NCBI GenBank assembly: GCA_001179505.1
Contig: CDMY01000770.1
Span: 186,001 to 250,000, forward strand
Direction of reading: 5' to 3'
DNA from: Vitrella brassicaformis CCMP3155
Lineage: Eukaryota > Protista > Chromerida
Length of the DNA: 64,000 bases
Shown here: positions 1 through 12,936 of the stretch, one piece after another
Numbering within the stretch: the stretch's first letter is position 1
Layout: the number at the start of each line of letters is the position of its first letter
Made by a program: the position numbers and the translations under genes
The notes under the pieces: generated by a model
The model's database searches: none
What the model saw: the letters and a program-made list of their open reading frames with translations, nothing else
What the model was told of the DNA's origin: nothing

Positions 1-2855
1 ACAGCCCCACTCTGTTGGATTGCATGAGGCTAACGCTGCCGCTGGGGTCTGCCTCTCGCGCGTCATAGTACTCGTGCAGCGAGGTGATGTCTCGCCTCGG
101 CCGGTGGTGCAACACCAGCAGACTCGTCACCGACGGCTTGACGTTGGGCAGCACCACGTGCAGCGTGACGGTCACCTGCAGCCATTCACAGAGTGTGTGT
201 GGAATACAGCAGACGAATGCTCGAATCGGTCCATTCATGTTGCTGACCGGCCGCCACTCGGGGATGTAGGAGCTGAAACCGATGATGCTCTTGTAAGTCG
301 ACATGATCAATTCGCTGCCCTGCACGGGCCACATGACAGGGGAATCCACCCACCCGCCCACAGACTTGCCCTTGGTGCAGTTGGTCACCTGGCAAAGGAT
401 GGCGAGGTCGGAAACCGGCGGCGTGATGGTGAAGTTCCAGCAGCTTCCATATATCGACTCATCAGTGACCAGCAGCTCTCTCCGGCTCCCGCTGTCATTC
501 GCCACCGGCAGCTCCCGCAATGTCAGGTTGTACTCGGATGGGAAGTCGAAGACGATGACGTCGCCCCCCATGGCCGGCTGTGAGAGTGTGAAAGCCACTG
601 AGAGCAGCTCCACGTCGCCCCCGTGGTGGGTGTAGGCCGATCTGTTGCGCCAGTGGGTGAAGGCATCCGGCGCGTCGGGGGACACATCTGTCTCGTTGAG
701 GCCGGAGTAGGTCAGATTAATGCCCAGAGACGGGATGCTCGGCACGATGGGAAAGGATTTCTGATAAGCAAAAGACGACAACAAAAACGGCTACGTGAAG
801 CTTTATGTTTTTGTACTTTTCTCCCGGCCTCGAGGAGGACTTGTGGGTCGACACGGTCGACGTAGTTGGAGTATGTCTCCAGCTGCCAGTCGCCATCGTC
901 GTATTCCGATATGCCCGAGCTGGTCGTCACCGTCTGGCTCAACGCGCTGGGGTTCATCACCTGATGACACAATGATTGACAGCCAGCAAGGTCAAGGAGG
1001 GCTGTGTGTGTGTGTGTGTGTGTGAGTAGAGGTGTCGCTGACGAACATCAATGGAGAGCTGGTATGTGCCGGGAAGGAGCTCCTGGCGTGTGAAGAAGAA
1101 CTGGACAGCATCGAACCTGAAAGGATCCTCCTGGGACACCACACCGAGACACACAGAAATACGGACACAATATATATGCGGCCGAGCCGGTAGCTGCTGT
1201 ACGCACCAGCTGGCAGGTGGCTCCATCGACCTCATACTCTTCACCCAGGCCATAGTCGAGGTCTGCAGGGGCCGCATCGGGCACCTCATACGCGCCGGTA
1301 AAGCCCTGGCACCCACTGGAGCAATAAACAACACACACACACATATCCTTGCCGTCGATTAAATGAAGTGGCCAGAAAAGCCACTTCACTTACGTGAAGA
1401 ATGCGAACTCGGAAGCTTTAGGGGTCTTGACCCGTAGAAATGCCGTCCCGACCAAAAACGCCGATGTTGTGAACCGAAACTGATAGATGTAGAAAGGCCA
1501 AGACATACCCAGAGCAATTGCAGGCAAGGGATTCCTCTGGTGGCTGGGTGACGTACGGTGATTTTGTTTGTTTCGCCGGGGTTCTGGGTGAGGGGGTCGA
1601 TGTGGATGTCAGTAATGGCCGCTAGGGTGTACCCCTGAATGCCGTTGGCCTCCGCACCGCCAAATGACACACTCCACTCATAGGACACCTGTCCACACAC
1701 ACGGACACACGCGCAGAGAGACGGGCGTGCAGGTGTTCGGTGCAAGTATTCGCGTGACTCATGTCTGCATACAGGTGGTGATGTGGGGTTGGTGAGGCTG
1801 AATCCGATGATGTACGTCTGGTTGGACGGTGCCTCCGGTACTGGGTGCGTGAACACGAGCGACAGCTGACGCACACCACCCTGGCACCAGGCAATCGACT
1901 GAGGCTGCACACAAACATACACACATAAGACCGCTCATCTGGAGCATATTCGCGTGTCGCTGTTTGCTTGTTGGAATACCTGCGGCAGTGGTGTGTACTT
2001 GGCCGGCACAGGAGTGGCCTCATTGCCGAGGGGATACAGCAAAGACACGGCGCCGCTGCAGTCGGCCGGGAAGACGAAGCTAGAGGGGGCGGTCAACACA
2101 AACACATCACCTGTACCCATACATCCCCGCACACAACACAACCATGTGCACACAGATAGCAAAGGCACATTACATTCCTGCCTTCCTCTCTCACCAGCTG
2201 CAATTGTGTTGAGGGTGTCGAATGCAATGACCACCCTGGCAGGGTACCCTGGCCTGTTGTCGAAGAGCGAGACGGCAGGGTTTGGGTCGATGTCCGGGGC
2301 CGTCACGATGTGCGTCCGTGTCAGAGGGGCCAGGATTGCGTATGAGTCGATGCTCTGGTGGTAGTCGGCCACTACCGAGCTGCTCCCATCGGCTATGAAG
2401 GGCGATATGGAGTCGGCAACGAATTTGCTGTAGGATGATATGGTCCACCTGAGCAAGAGACACACATGGCCATGTGTGTATCCTGTCTCTGCCTTCTTGT
2501 GGTATACATGTTTGTTTTGCTGGGGGTAGGCGTGGTGGCCGGGTTGACAACACGCAAATTGACACCCGTGCGGCCGGAGAACATGGGCGTCGACGCCAAC
2601 TGCGATCAACAGACACCCCAAAACACACCAGCCAGCCATTCCATGACTGAAGCTCAGCTTCCTCCGTCCGGCTTTATTGGTTCTGACTGTGAACTTGAGG
2701 GCGCATAGCGTTTGGCCATCGACGGTGACAGTGGCACACTCAATTACGACGTCGCTGGGCAAGGGGGTGGTCTGGCCAACAATCGACACATAATCGGTCG
2801 ATAGCGTCAGGTACACTGAACAATGCTCAACCACAACCCCATTCGCTGACACACA

Positions 2856-2894
<39 letters not shown>

Positions 2895-5800
2895 GAAATG
2901 AGAATACAAGTCCCGGCATCTTTCTTAGATATCTCACCGTCACGGATGAGCGGCAATGTGAATCCGGGCGGGCTGTGGATGAGAATGGCTGCCGTGTCGT
3001 CGGCAGTGGACACGAGCGTGGTTGGGAAGCTGAAGGCGACCACGACTTGAGACGTGTCCGAGGCTGTCCGCTTCGACGGCACCAAGGCCAGGTTGTACAG
3101 ACGCCGCACAGCAAAGGGGGGGAAGACCACGCCACCAGCCAGCCTGCAGACACACAAACTCACAAGTTGACGGTGTCTGCCGTCGTGTCAATGACTGCAT
3201 GCTATCCAGACATATAGACAGACCTTTGATATGGCTCAGTGGCATCAGAGTAGATGACCAGCATCCACCCCGACGTATTTGGCTGGTCCTCGCTCCGCCC
3301 CGGCTCGACGTCAGGCACCTTCACCGAATGTCGAAACACACACGTGCCATAGGCGGCCAGGACGCCCGTCAACGTCAGCCGCAAGACGTTGCTCAGCGAC
3401 CCGCCCAGTGTGGTGGTGCCGGTGTTGACCACCAGAGGGCTCGGGTGTGTCTGTGAGGCCCCGCTGCTCGTGGGCATCACATCAAGGTCGGCTGTGGGTG
3501 ACAATTCGTAGCCGTATGGCGCCCATAGCTCAACAGTGCTGCCGACCTGAGCAGAGGCCACAGAACAGACAGAGGAGACGGGCATGTGGGGATGATGGGT
3601 GGGATCACTGTCTCTTGCGTGTCTGAGTCTGCTCACCACTTACTGCATTGATGGGGCTCTTGACGCCGAAAATGACCGTGACGTTGGACTCGCTGGAAGT
3701 CACGTTGTACGGCAATAAATCATCGGGGGCGATCGACACGTCCAGGAAGGCAAAGTCGTCGAGAAAGGGAGGCAGCACATAGGCCACGTCAGCGGCGGTG
3801 TAGGCGACCGGGTCCTCATTGGTGTTGAAAGAAGTCACCAACGGAATGGAGTCCAGCAAATCGCCATTGCTGTCGAGAGTGCCCACCGAGGCCACGAACG
3901 ATGCCAGTGGCGGCCCGGGGAACAAAGGAGACATGAACGGCAACACAAAGGATACCACCTTGTCTGAAACAAGCAGATGTGTACCAACCAATGTGCGGGC
4001 ATTTCGATCCACCTCACACTCACCTTGTGGCAGAAAGGTCTGCAGCAGCTGGATGGTGAGCTCATTCTTGCCAGGGTTCATCGACCCAGCGCTCGACCTC
4101 GCCTCACACACAGCCCCATCAAAGCTGGCCGCAGTCACCTCCGAGTGGTCCAGCATTTCCGTCTCCCCAGGCGGACAGCCGCTTGCCGTGACCATGTCAT
4201 AGCCCTCTGGAAACGTCAATCGAATGGATCCGAGCTGCGGAACGGCCTGCTGCGGCCTCAGGGCGACCTCTATTGTCGATTGGGTGGCAGCTTTGAGGGT
4301 TCGAGGGGCAACGTAGGCGTCACGTATGCGGCCCATGATGGGGAAGATGGTGGATTGCTCTATAGGAACGACAGACGTGGTGCGGGCAGGGCTGCCACCA
4401 ACACTGGGGTCCTTTGTGCCCACCATCTCTACCTGCACCCAGACAGAAAGATTGATGCGTGTCATGTTATGTGCTGTGTGTGTGCATCTTCATTACGTGT
4501 TCACGCACTTGCCTGCCACACATTGGAGGGGTCCGTCCTCTGTCTCGGCTTGACCGGGTTGTCAACCGTGATCTTGGCGCCATAACCCACCCCCGCGAGC
4601 AGCCGCCGGTCGGTCCGTAGCTCGAAGTGGCAGGTGATGTTGCCCGTGCTGGAGCAGATGACGTCAGAAGTCGGCAGCGTGCCCATTGTGGTGGGTGTGG
4701 GGATGTCGGCCGTGTTGGTGGCCTGGGCGATGGCGGATGTGATGTCATACGTGAGGAGGGGGCCGAATGATGCCACGGGGGGATCGGCCGTGAAGAAGGC
4801 AGGCAGAGTGAAACTCACCTTGCACAAGCTGCCTGACGCTGAGGGGACACAGAGACACAACAAGAAATATCGATGGGTTACTTCGTGAGGGACTGCTCCC
4901 TCCCTCGCCCCTGCTCCTACATGATCCCGACTGGCAGTTGAAGGGTGCTACGAAGGCAAGAAAGATCCCATTGTTCTCCTGGTCGTAGTGCCTCTCCGTG
5001 TAGCCCCTGCCGCATAGTATGTTGCCATGTCCAACCCCTTTCTGTTCGTGAATGAATCCTGTGTCTCACTCACTGTATGCGAGCCTTCATCCCGGCCATG
5101 GGTGTCTTGGACACCCGATACGGCTGGAACTGCCAGTCAGACGCGAGAAACGTCGCCCGATGCCTCAATGGCTGCCCCGGCGCAATGTCCGTCACAAGGT
5201 AGGCCTCCGCCGCCCACTCAGTGGGGAAGAAACCCCTGATGGGCAGGCGGAAGTTCTCGAGTGTGTAGACAGGGCACTGGAAGTTGTTCTCGATCGAGAG
5301 GTCTGCGCCGGGGCAGTCGGTGGTGGGCGAGGCCGAAGCATCCAGGTTGATCCGGATAATCGGCGCCGCGTGACCCACCTAGACACAGAACAGAGGTACA
5401 TGTAACGAATGCATAGACAAGTGCGTGCCTTCTGACCTTCTCGAATTGGCATGTTGGCCTGGGAATGCCAGCTAGACGCCGGATCGAACACGCCCTGCAA
5501 ATGAAATGACCAGGCAATGCATCTATCCACCACCCAGCTTGCATATCATATACCGCGTTCGTTCACCTGTCGAGGTTTTGATCCCAGTAGGTGAGCGGGT
5601 GCAGGATAATTCGGAGCTCAGCTGACGGCGGCAAACGATTGGAACCCCCATCGCGGGCGAACAGCCGCACCGACACCTCGTCTATCTCATTCGCAGTGGC
5701 GTTGGCCCCGTCCACCAGCTCCGTGTTCAGTATCTCCATCGTGGTAAAGATCGGGTTGTGGTCCTCATTGACGATGGACTGCGGCACGGCGCTTCGTGTG

Positions 5801-7086
5801 GGCCACAGAGAGGCGAACTGCAGGATGGTGAAGCCGTCGGACGACACGAGGCGCAGCTCCATCGGGTGGGTGTTGTTGGTCGGCAGGGAGGGGTCGGACG
5901 CGATTGGCAAGCCCTCGACGAACGATGCGTGGAAGACCACCTCGTGCAGACGGCCGACGGGGGGGCCATTGTAGGGGTCGAACTTCATGGTGAGGAGGCC
6001 ATTGGAGGTGTCGCTTGTGGCCTGCCACTCGCAGGTGGCAGGGTTGGGAAAGCCACCCTCTGACTCCGACCAGAACTCGAGAAACACCGCCCCACAACCG
6101 AAATACTCACTCGTCTGGTCGAGGGAGATGACCGGCCTCGCAGCAGAGTAGACGGCCATGGTGTTGAGGAGATCCTTCCACACAAAGACCAGAGACACCC
6201 CTTGCAGAGGCACAAATGCAGCAGGCGTGTCGGGATCGCCTCGAGGTATCAGTTCACTGTCAAAGGCCGGTCGGAAGCTGACGAGAGCGCGGGCCACTTG
6301 GTTTGCGACGATGGTCGTCGGGATGAGCTGAGACTCCTGGAAGGAGGGGACGGGAGAGCGGTCGATGGATATCGAAGCGACGTCTTGGTGCTCAACAGTA
6401 CCAGTGATGGCGCTGCTCGTCTGACACATGACGTACAGCGTACCCGTACCAAAGAGGGGCGGAATGCTCGATGCGTTTGCGGGAAGTGTGAAGACATAAG
6501 ACGAGGACGGCTGGAGGCGCGTCAACAATACGAAGGCAGCATGGGTGGCGTTGATGCTGTTCAGCACCACCGGATAGCTGGTGGGGTGGGACAGCAGCTT
6601 GTTGGCGTCGAAGATGTCTGCGGTGAAGTCGACGCCCGACGAGATGTGGAGCAGTATCTGGGTGTGGGTGATGGGGGGGGCGGAGTAGAAGCCGCTCGAC
6701 GAGGTGGTGAAGGAGATGCGGTAGGCATTGAGCTCAGAGTTTGAAAATACATAGCGAAAGGACACGGAAGCGCCGCTCAGAGAGCCCGTGGTGTAGGCTG
6801 ACACAGGCAGGGGCCCGCTGACAGTGAGAAAGAAAGCCACGCCGAGAAGAGCACCAACTCCCTTCCACCACTTTCCCGGCCACAGAGGCATTCGACTCTT
6901 TCTTCTGTGTGGATGCTGGGTGGATGGACGGCCGGGCTTCCCCCTTCGGTGTAGTGCACTGGCCGTGTTTTTCTGTTGATTCGTGCCAGTGCAATTCTCC
7001 TCTGCAGTGTTATAATCAGCGGAATCCCTCGCCTGAGGCGGCGCCTCGGACGCCATCGGCGTCGGGGTAGGATGACGTCTCACCAT
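1..7086 (-). CDS. Giant multi-exon secreted/surface protein with repeated beta-sandwich-like modules (5' portion; runs off the left edge)
   Basis: The long first exon lies in ORF 5563-7230 and has a hydrophobic signal-like segment WWKGVGALLGVAFFLTVSGPLPVSA. In-frame exons continue in ORFs 5070-5378, 4501-4863, 3605-4465, 3202-3639, ~2900-3130, 1935-2909, 1386-1922, 957-1340 and down to base 1 (e.g. VAFTLSQPAMGGDVIVFDFPSEYNLT), separated by GT-AG introns with CA/GA repeats. The start is uncertain: ATGs at 7086, 7056 or 6891. The product name is descriptive only. Confidence 0.75.
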
Positions 7087-7304
7087 TCGTCTCGGGCGAT
7101 GCCGACAGACGGTGGCTGCATCAGCCATAAAGTGATGAGGGTCTGCGTCGGCTTTCGGTCGGTTGTCCACGGGACGGAACAAAATAAAGTCGGAACGAAG
7201 CTGCAATATGGAACTAAGCTTGCAACGCATGCGGCCCCCACCATTGGGCCCCCAACAAGACGGCCCGGGGCCATCCCGTCTCGAATTTTGTCGGTTTTTT
7301 CATC

Positions 7305-8339
7305 ATGTACGTCTTCTTTGTCGCTCTCGCACTGCTGGTTCCCGCATTGTCATTCCATGTGGACACCGGTACGCACGAGACAAAGCATCCACCGATTGTC
7401 CTTCTCGAACAGGGCCCTGCTGCACTGTGTGTCCATTCAGGAGTGACGAACGCCGCCTATCACGAGGTGCGTCGGCACATCAAGGCATCGGACGGCCCAT
7501 CTGTCGAGCCCGCCTCAGCACCCAGTACCTATAAGGACTCCAAGGAGCGGTTGGCTGAAGCTTTTGCAAGTCCTTTTGATTTCACCGAGGAGGAGATCAA
7601 AGCGATGGCTGAGGTGCCACTCGAAGAAGCAGGAGCAGCCCCACCACCACCACCAACAGTAGCTGCGGATGAGCCAGAACCAGCGCCGGAAGAATCGGGC
7701 GGCGGCCCGGATGAGGCGCCGCAGAAGGAGGGAGACACTGTCGCACAGCCTGAGACACAGCCTGAGGGCGAGCCGGGGTCGGCAATCAACAAGGACAAGA
7801 CTGAGGAGGCTGCGCCATCGCCACCCACAGCACCCGAGCCCAGCAAGCTCACCGCCCCAAATGCCACGGGACCTGTGGACGACGCCACGGGCAACGAATA
7901 TGTCCTGGGAGAGCCAAGGTAAGAAGGGGGAGGGGGAAAGAAGGATCCACACTTAGAACACTTACAACAATGGATGGTGCTGCTTATGGGACACGGCCAA
8001 GACCCAAGCGTCGGTGGGTGAGCGTCGGATACGATGTAAGTCAGTCAGTCAATGCATTGGAGGGAGACACGCCGTCCATTCGTGACATCGTTCTGCTTCA
8101 ACTGTTGGTGCAGGCGCCCTGGAGCAGCTCCCCCGGCTTCGCCGACCCCATGGCGGCTGCCAAGAAGTCTGAGCCTGAGCCTGAGCCGCCCTTGCCAGCT
8201 CCCGTCCCCATGCAAGTGTCTGAGATCATCGTGACGCGCTGGAAGGACTACGAGGCCACAGAAGATTACGGAAACGTCGTCGACCTCTTTGAAAAAGCGG
8301 AGCCCTTCCCACAGTAAGCACCTAGATGGAGACACACTG

Positions 8340-8374
<35 letters not shown>

Positions 8375-9306
8375 AACATGCACCCCCCTTCCACTCCACC
8401 GCCATTGCCCGTCCGTGATTTGTATGTGTGTCTATGAATCACCTACACCTCTCCTCTCCAGGTGTTGTGCGTGCATCCAGTTCCCCGAGGGTCACACGGG
8501 CGACGACATCCGGACGATCCCCTTTGAACAGCGCCACTGCGTGAAGGTCCCCGAGCAGCTGCCCTTCCCCGGCAAGGAGGAGGGCACTGAAAAGCGCGCC
8601 TTCGCTGCTGCCGACTGCACCAAGATCTGCGAGGACAACTTCAGCAAGGAGGGCTTCACGGTCAAGGACTTCTTCTACACACGCGCTATGGCCCAAAACG
8701 ACGAAAGCAAGAACTTCATGAACCGATGCGAGACGGTCAGTCAGACGGTCAGGCAGTGAGTGAGGCGCCAAGCCCGCAGCCACGCCCGCCTCCCACACAC
8801 GTGTGTCTCTCTCTGGTTTGCCTGTCTCGTGTTTCCTTCCGGCAGGCCGGCCGCTGCATGCAAATCTACGTCGATCGCGCCCTCGACGACGACTTCAAGC
8901 CTTGCGAGACACTCGAAAAATGCCCCGAATGCACCAAATACGGCGACAGATCCTTCGGTGCGCGCAACGCAACAACGGAAACAGAGGGAGACACACATGG
9001 CTCTCCCATGGAGTCAATGGTATGTGGATGTGTATGGCGTCTGGCAGGTGCCAGTTGGTACTTCCGGTGCAAGGAGGCTGGGGGCGCTGTGCTCGATACG
9101 CTCCGTGAGGCCTACGAGGCCGAGAAGGTGCCCATCACCATCAAGGAGGGCGACCTACTCGTCTACGACTACCAGACACAAGTACGTAGTAAACGTGATT
9201 AGAGAAGCTCCTTTCTGCTCATTCGCCACCCCTTTCCTTTCTTGTGCGCGTTATTCAGCCCAAGACGCTTTATGCCCTGCAGAAGTGGCCTGCAGAAATG
9301 GCCTGA
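7305..9306 (+). CDS. Secreted protein: signal peptide, acidic Pro/Glu/Ala-rich stalk, Cys-rich C-terminal domain
   Basis: MYVFFVALALLVPALS signal peptide and E/P/A-rich exon 1 (7305-7918). Spliced exons give CCACIQFPEG..HC..DCTKIC..NRCET|AGRCM..PCETLEKCPEC..YFRCKE. The last exon and stop are ambiguous (9202, 9306 or later). Confidence 0.75.
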
Positions 9307-9683
9307 GGAGGGAACATGCAATTTTCGTCACGGGATAGCGAGCATCCCTGTCGCTTTCAGTGTGGAGACAGGCAGCCTGCCAGGCTGGCTGACGCGTGTG
9401 GGGCTCGTGCAGTGCATCTATGGATGGATGGATGGATGGATGGATGCTACACTGACTGACTGATAGAGGACATGACATGTAGGGAACAGAACAGACACAC
9501 TGAAAGAGACTCTTTGAAGGCGACGAGGCCCGAGAAGAATCAATCCATAACGATTGATATCCCTCCCCCACAGGCTCGGGTCACATTCACCCATGCGTCC
9601 AGCATCACACCGCAAGTAACCTCTTATCGTACACACGACACGACCTGCCGTCCGTCGCACATGCATCACAGCCCCGACACTTA

Positions 9684-10390
9684 CTAATCCACACTGACAT
9701 CCTTCTTCATCTCTTCATCGGCCTCCACCTTGGAGACCCTGCAACCACACGACAAGACACACGACACAACACCACGAACCACAAATGCAACGGGGCCTTG
9801 CTGTGCTGCCTGCGCATCCGTGACGGTACTTACTTTTCTTGAGCGGCCTTTCTCTCCCACAGGTGCAGGTACGACTTGAGTCTGGGGGCCAGCCGCTCCA
9901 GCTCAAACACCTCCTCCTCATCTAACCACATCAAACGCTTGTTCTGACTGTTGCATTGCAGTCACACACACACACACACACACAAACAGCCAGCCAAACA
10001 CAATCCATATCCATGCCATGCCTGTCTATGGTGGAGGGCCTTCTGCATGTGTTGGATCCAGTTCACCTGTCGACAAAGCATAGGACCGGCTCGGCCGCTC
10101 CGTCCTGGTCTCTCTTGGCGATGAACACAAAGCATTTCTTACCCGATGGAAGCTGCAACACAACCGGAGAGCGCAGTCGCTCACCTGCCTTGCTTGCGTA
10201 CCCGAATAGATCTTGATCTCTTGGATGGCGGCGGAGGCCAGTACACCGAGCGGCTTTGCTGCTGCAGCCAGGGACGCCCCAGGCTGCCTGCACAGGCAGG
10301 GCAGCCTCCAGAAGCAGATAAGGGGCCAGTGAGTGACACTGCTGTGGATGAAAAGAGGCGTGCCGCCTGGGATGGTATGTGACGCTGCAT
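9684..10390 (-). CDS. Small (~145 aa) putative mitochondrial protein, 4 exons
   Basis: Manual splicing with canonical GT-AG junctions gives one open frame: MQRHIPSQAARLFSSTAVS...KRSRSIR|LPSGKKCFVFIAKRDQDGAAEPVLCFVD|SQNKRLMWLDEEEVFELERLAPRLKSYLHLWERKAAQEK|VSKVEADEEMKKDVSVD*. The N-terminus is Arg/Ser/Ala-rich, has no acidic residues and contains RLFSS, as in transit peptides. Confidence 0.7.
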
Positions 10391-10431
10391 ATTGCGCCGA
10401 CGCGGGTCTGAGCCAAAGATCTGCAAACTCC

Positions 10432-10440
10432 AAGCTCGCA
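10432..10440 (+). promoter_or_regulatory. AAGCTCGCA candidate promoter motif between divergent starts 10390/10527
   Basis: Exact motif in a 136-bp intergenic gap; it recurs at other divergent promoters. Confidence 0.5.
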
Positions 10441-10526
10441 CATGGGACTCCGCCCCGTGTTTCTTGTGTTGTGTAATTCTTCCCGATCTTTCTCTGACGG
10501 CCTTGCATGGATGCGTCCATGGACGA

Positions 10527-12936
10527 ATGGAGGCTGAGAAGGAGAATGCAAGCACGGACCTGTCCTGTCGCCCGCCAGCGAGGAGCCTCAGCTCCCCGGC
10601 ACTTCAGCATGCGGCCACCGAAGGCCCTCAACTGCGACGGAGCAAGACGCGCGTCGATGCAGCTTCCCCACGAGGCCTTCGTCGCCAGCCGCACGACGTC
10701 ACGCTGTCACCAAGGCCTGATGATGTACGGAAGAGGGAGCAGAAGGGGAAGGGCCGCTGGCTGGAGATCGCCTGCTTGATGCTGAAGCTGCAATGCCTCG
10801 CGTTCATCGCTGCTGTCATATGTTTTGTGGTGAGGGAATCAGACCTCCGAGAAGCGAATCTCAATCTGTTGTGCGTTATCTGCGTGCCTCTATCCGCTGG
10901 CTGGTGTTCAGGCGCACTACGCATTGAATGGCGTCCAGATTCAGAAGGAAACACAGCTGCGATTTGAAGAGAAAGACTTCACAATCGCCGATTTCGTCTG
11001 GAGCGCCTTCTCGTACACAGGTGGGTCAGCCACCGACGCCGCAAGGGCGCCATCGGCTGACGCGGCTTCCCTCTGTGTGTGTGTGTGTGTGTGTGTGCAG
11101 TCTATGCCCTGGCTGAGTTCTTCTTGCTGCTCGTTTTGAATCAAGTACCTGGTTTGAACCCGACAGCCAAGGGACGCCGGCGTGTGACGATTGTGGTGCT
11201 GGCGGGCTATACCTTTGGTGTAGCAAGCATCGCATTCGACTTCGCATATCGATGGCAAGGGTAAGGCAGACAGGCAGGCAGGCAGGCAGGCACACACAGC
11301 CTGACCGACTCACAAACAGGCAGGCAGGCAACTTACTATCCGTATGCGGCTCTGTTGGTGTGTTCAGGATTCTGCTGGAAGACGCCGTCGGCAACACAGT
11401 TTGGACATTGCGCAGTGTCATCATTTGGGTGCCGATAATAATGTTTATCAGCTGTTACTGGAGCCCTCCTGGGCACGTCTGTGCGGTACGTTTGTATCTA
11501 TGCTGTACTGCACATGTGCCGTCAAACCGATTGACTCTTCGTGGGTCTTCTTACAGGCCTTCTTTTTCTTGGCAATCGCCACGTTCCTTCTCTTCTTGTT
11601 CTCGGTACGCACATCCGCACTCGCAGGCAGGGATGACCGAAGCATGCAGGCAAGCCACTCATTGCGCGCACGCCTGTGTGGTGCCTGTTTTCTCTCTTCA
11701 GTTAGTTTTGTTGCCTCTCGGGGTCGGCTACATGGACGCGGGGATGAGCTTCCTTGTCGTGCGCGTCGCTATCTTTGCCTTCGCTGAAGGCGGGCTGTTT
11801 CTCATGCGAATCAGCTGCCTGCGGCTGACGCACGTCAAGACGGAATTCAGACATATCCTCTATATCCCGGCCATCATCGGTGTCAGCATCATAACCAGAC
11901 TCTTGCAGGCAAGGCAACAATGCGTTAACGACACCAGCCGACGAGACAAAGGTTGTCCGTCTGTTGCAGGGCACTGTGACAGAGGTGTGGGTGGGTGCGC
12001 TTGCGGAGACGCTCTCGGTGATGCTAGAGATCCGCTTTCACGTATACTGCTACAGCGTCGACTGCCATCACATCAGACGCTTCAACAAATGGTGCTATGA
12101 GCCCGTCCGGCGCCTGCTGAAACGCTATTGTCACACTGACGTTGGGCCTCTGGAGATGGTGGCTCTCATCGAGGGGTCCACTGCTTTCTACCACACTGTG
12201 CCGATAGCGCATATTATGGCAGAGGCCTTTGCCGTCTGCGTTGCACCTATGGTGCTGCTGTTCTATGGAATAAGCGACGACGCCGGCAACTTTTCGCCAA
12301 AGGTGATCCTCACCCAGGCCGCCATCCAAGTCATGGGTACGTATGTGTCCCACATGCGATGACACAAACAATGACCGCTTAACTCCGTCTCGCATCCGTG
12401 TCCGTGTGCGTGTGTGTGTGCGTGTACGTGTGCGTGTGTGTGTGTGTGTGTGTGCCTCTTTAGGAGAGCTGGTCAGCGACGTATTCTGGGCGATGTTCCC
12501 CGAGACAGCCACAGACCGTTTGAAGCTTGGCTATTGGGCCAGCCTGGCGTGGAGTGGCGTGTCGCGGTTAATGCAAAGGCGCAGTGGCGAGCGCACCGTG
12601 CCAAGCTGTGATGCCGTGGTGGTTGTGAGAGGCTCTGCCCAAGGGCGTGCGGAAAAGGCGCACATCGCGCCTCTTCCCGAGGAGAGGAGCGGCATTTTTG
12701 TGAGTGATGTGGTGTCTGCTTGGAATTCGCAGTGCCCCCATTATTTTTGGTACTGGTTGTCAATGGCCTTGATCCTTGTGCTCTACCAAGTGTACGTGTT
12801 CTCACTGTACCTCAGCCAGTGCGTGGAGAGCATTGATGAAGCAAGTGGCTTCATCGTGCGCAGACGGTGCGGCGAATACTCCAAGGAATTTTATGAGTGG
12901 AGCCAGGAGTTCAGACTAGACGATAAGAGAAGCTAG
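10527..12936 (+). CDS. Multi-pass membrane protein of unknown function (~8-10 hydrophobic segments)
   Basis: In-frame exons carry hydrophobic helices: WLEIACLMLKLQCLAFIAAVICFV, YALAEFFLLLVL, VTIVVLAGYTFGVASIAF, VIIWVPIIMFISCYW, AFFFLAIATFLLFLFS, FLVVRVAIFAF, ILYIPAIIGVSII, AFAVCVAPMVLLFYGI, YFWYWLSMALILVLYQVYVFSLYL. Stop at 12936. Confidence 0.75.

Noticed and set aside
7087-7230. Upstream ATG (7230) of the 555-aa ORF, and likewise ATG 10443 of ORF 10063-10551
   Set aside because: They would leave almost no room for the divergent promoters and overlap the candidate promoter motif; downstream ATGs give signal or transit peptides.
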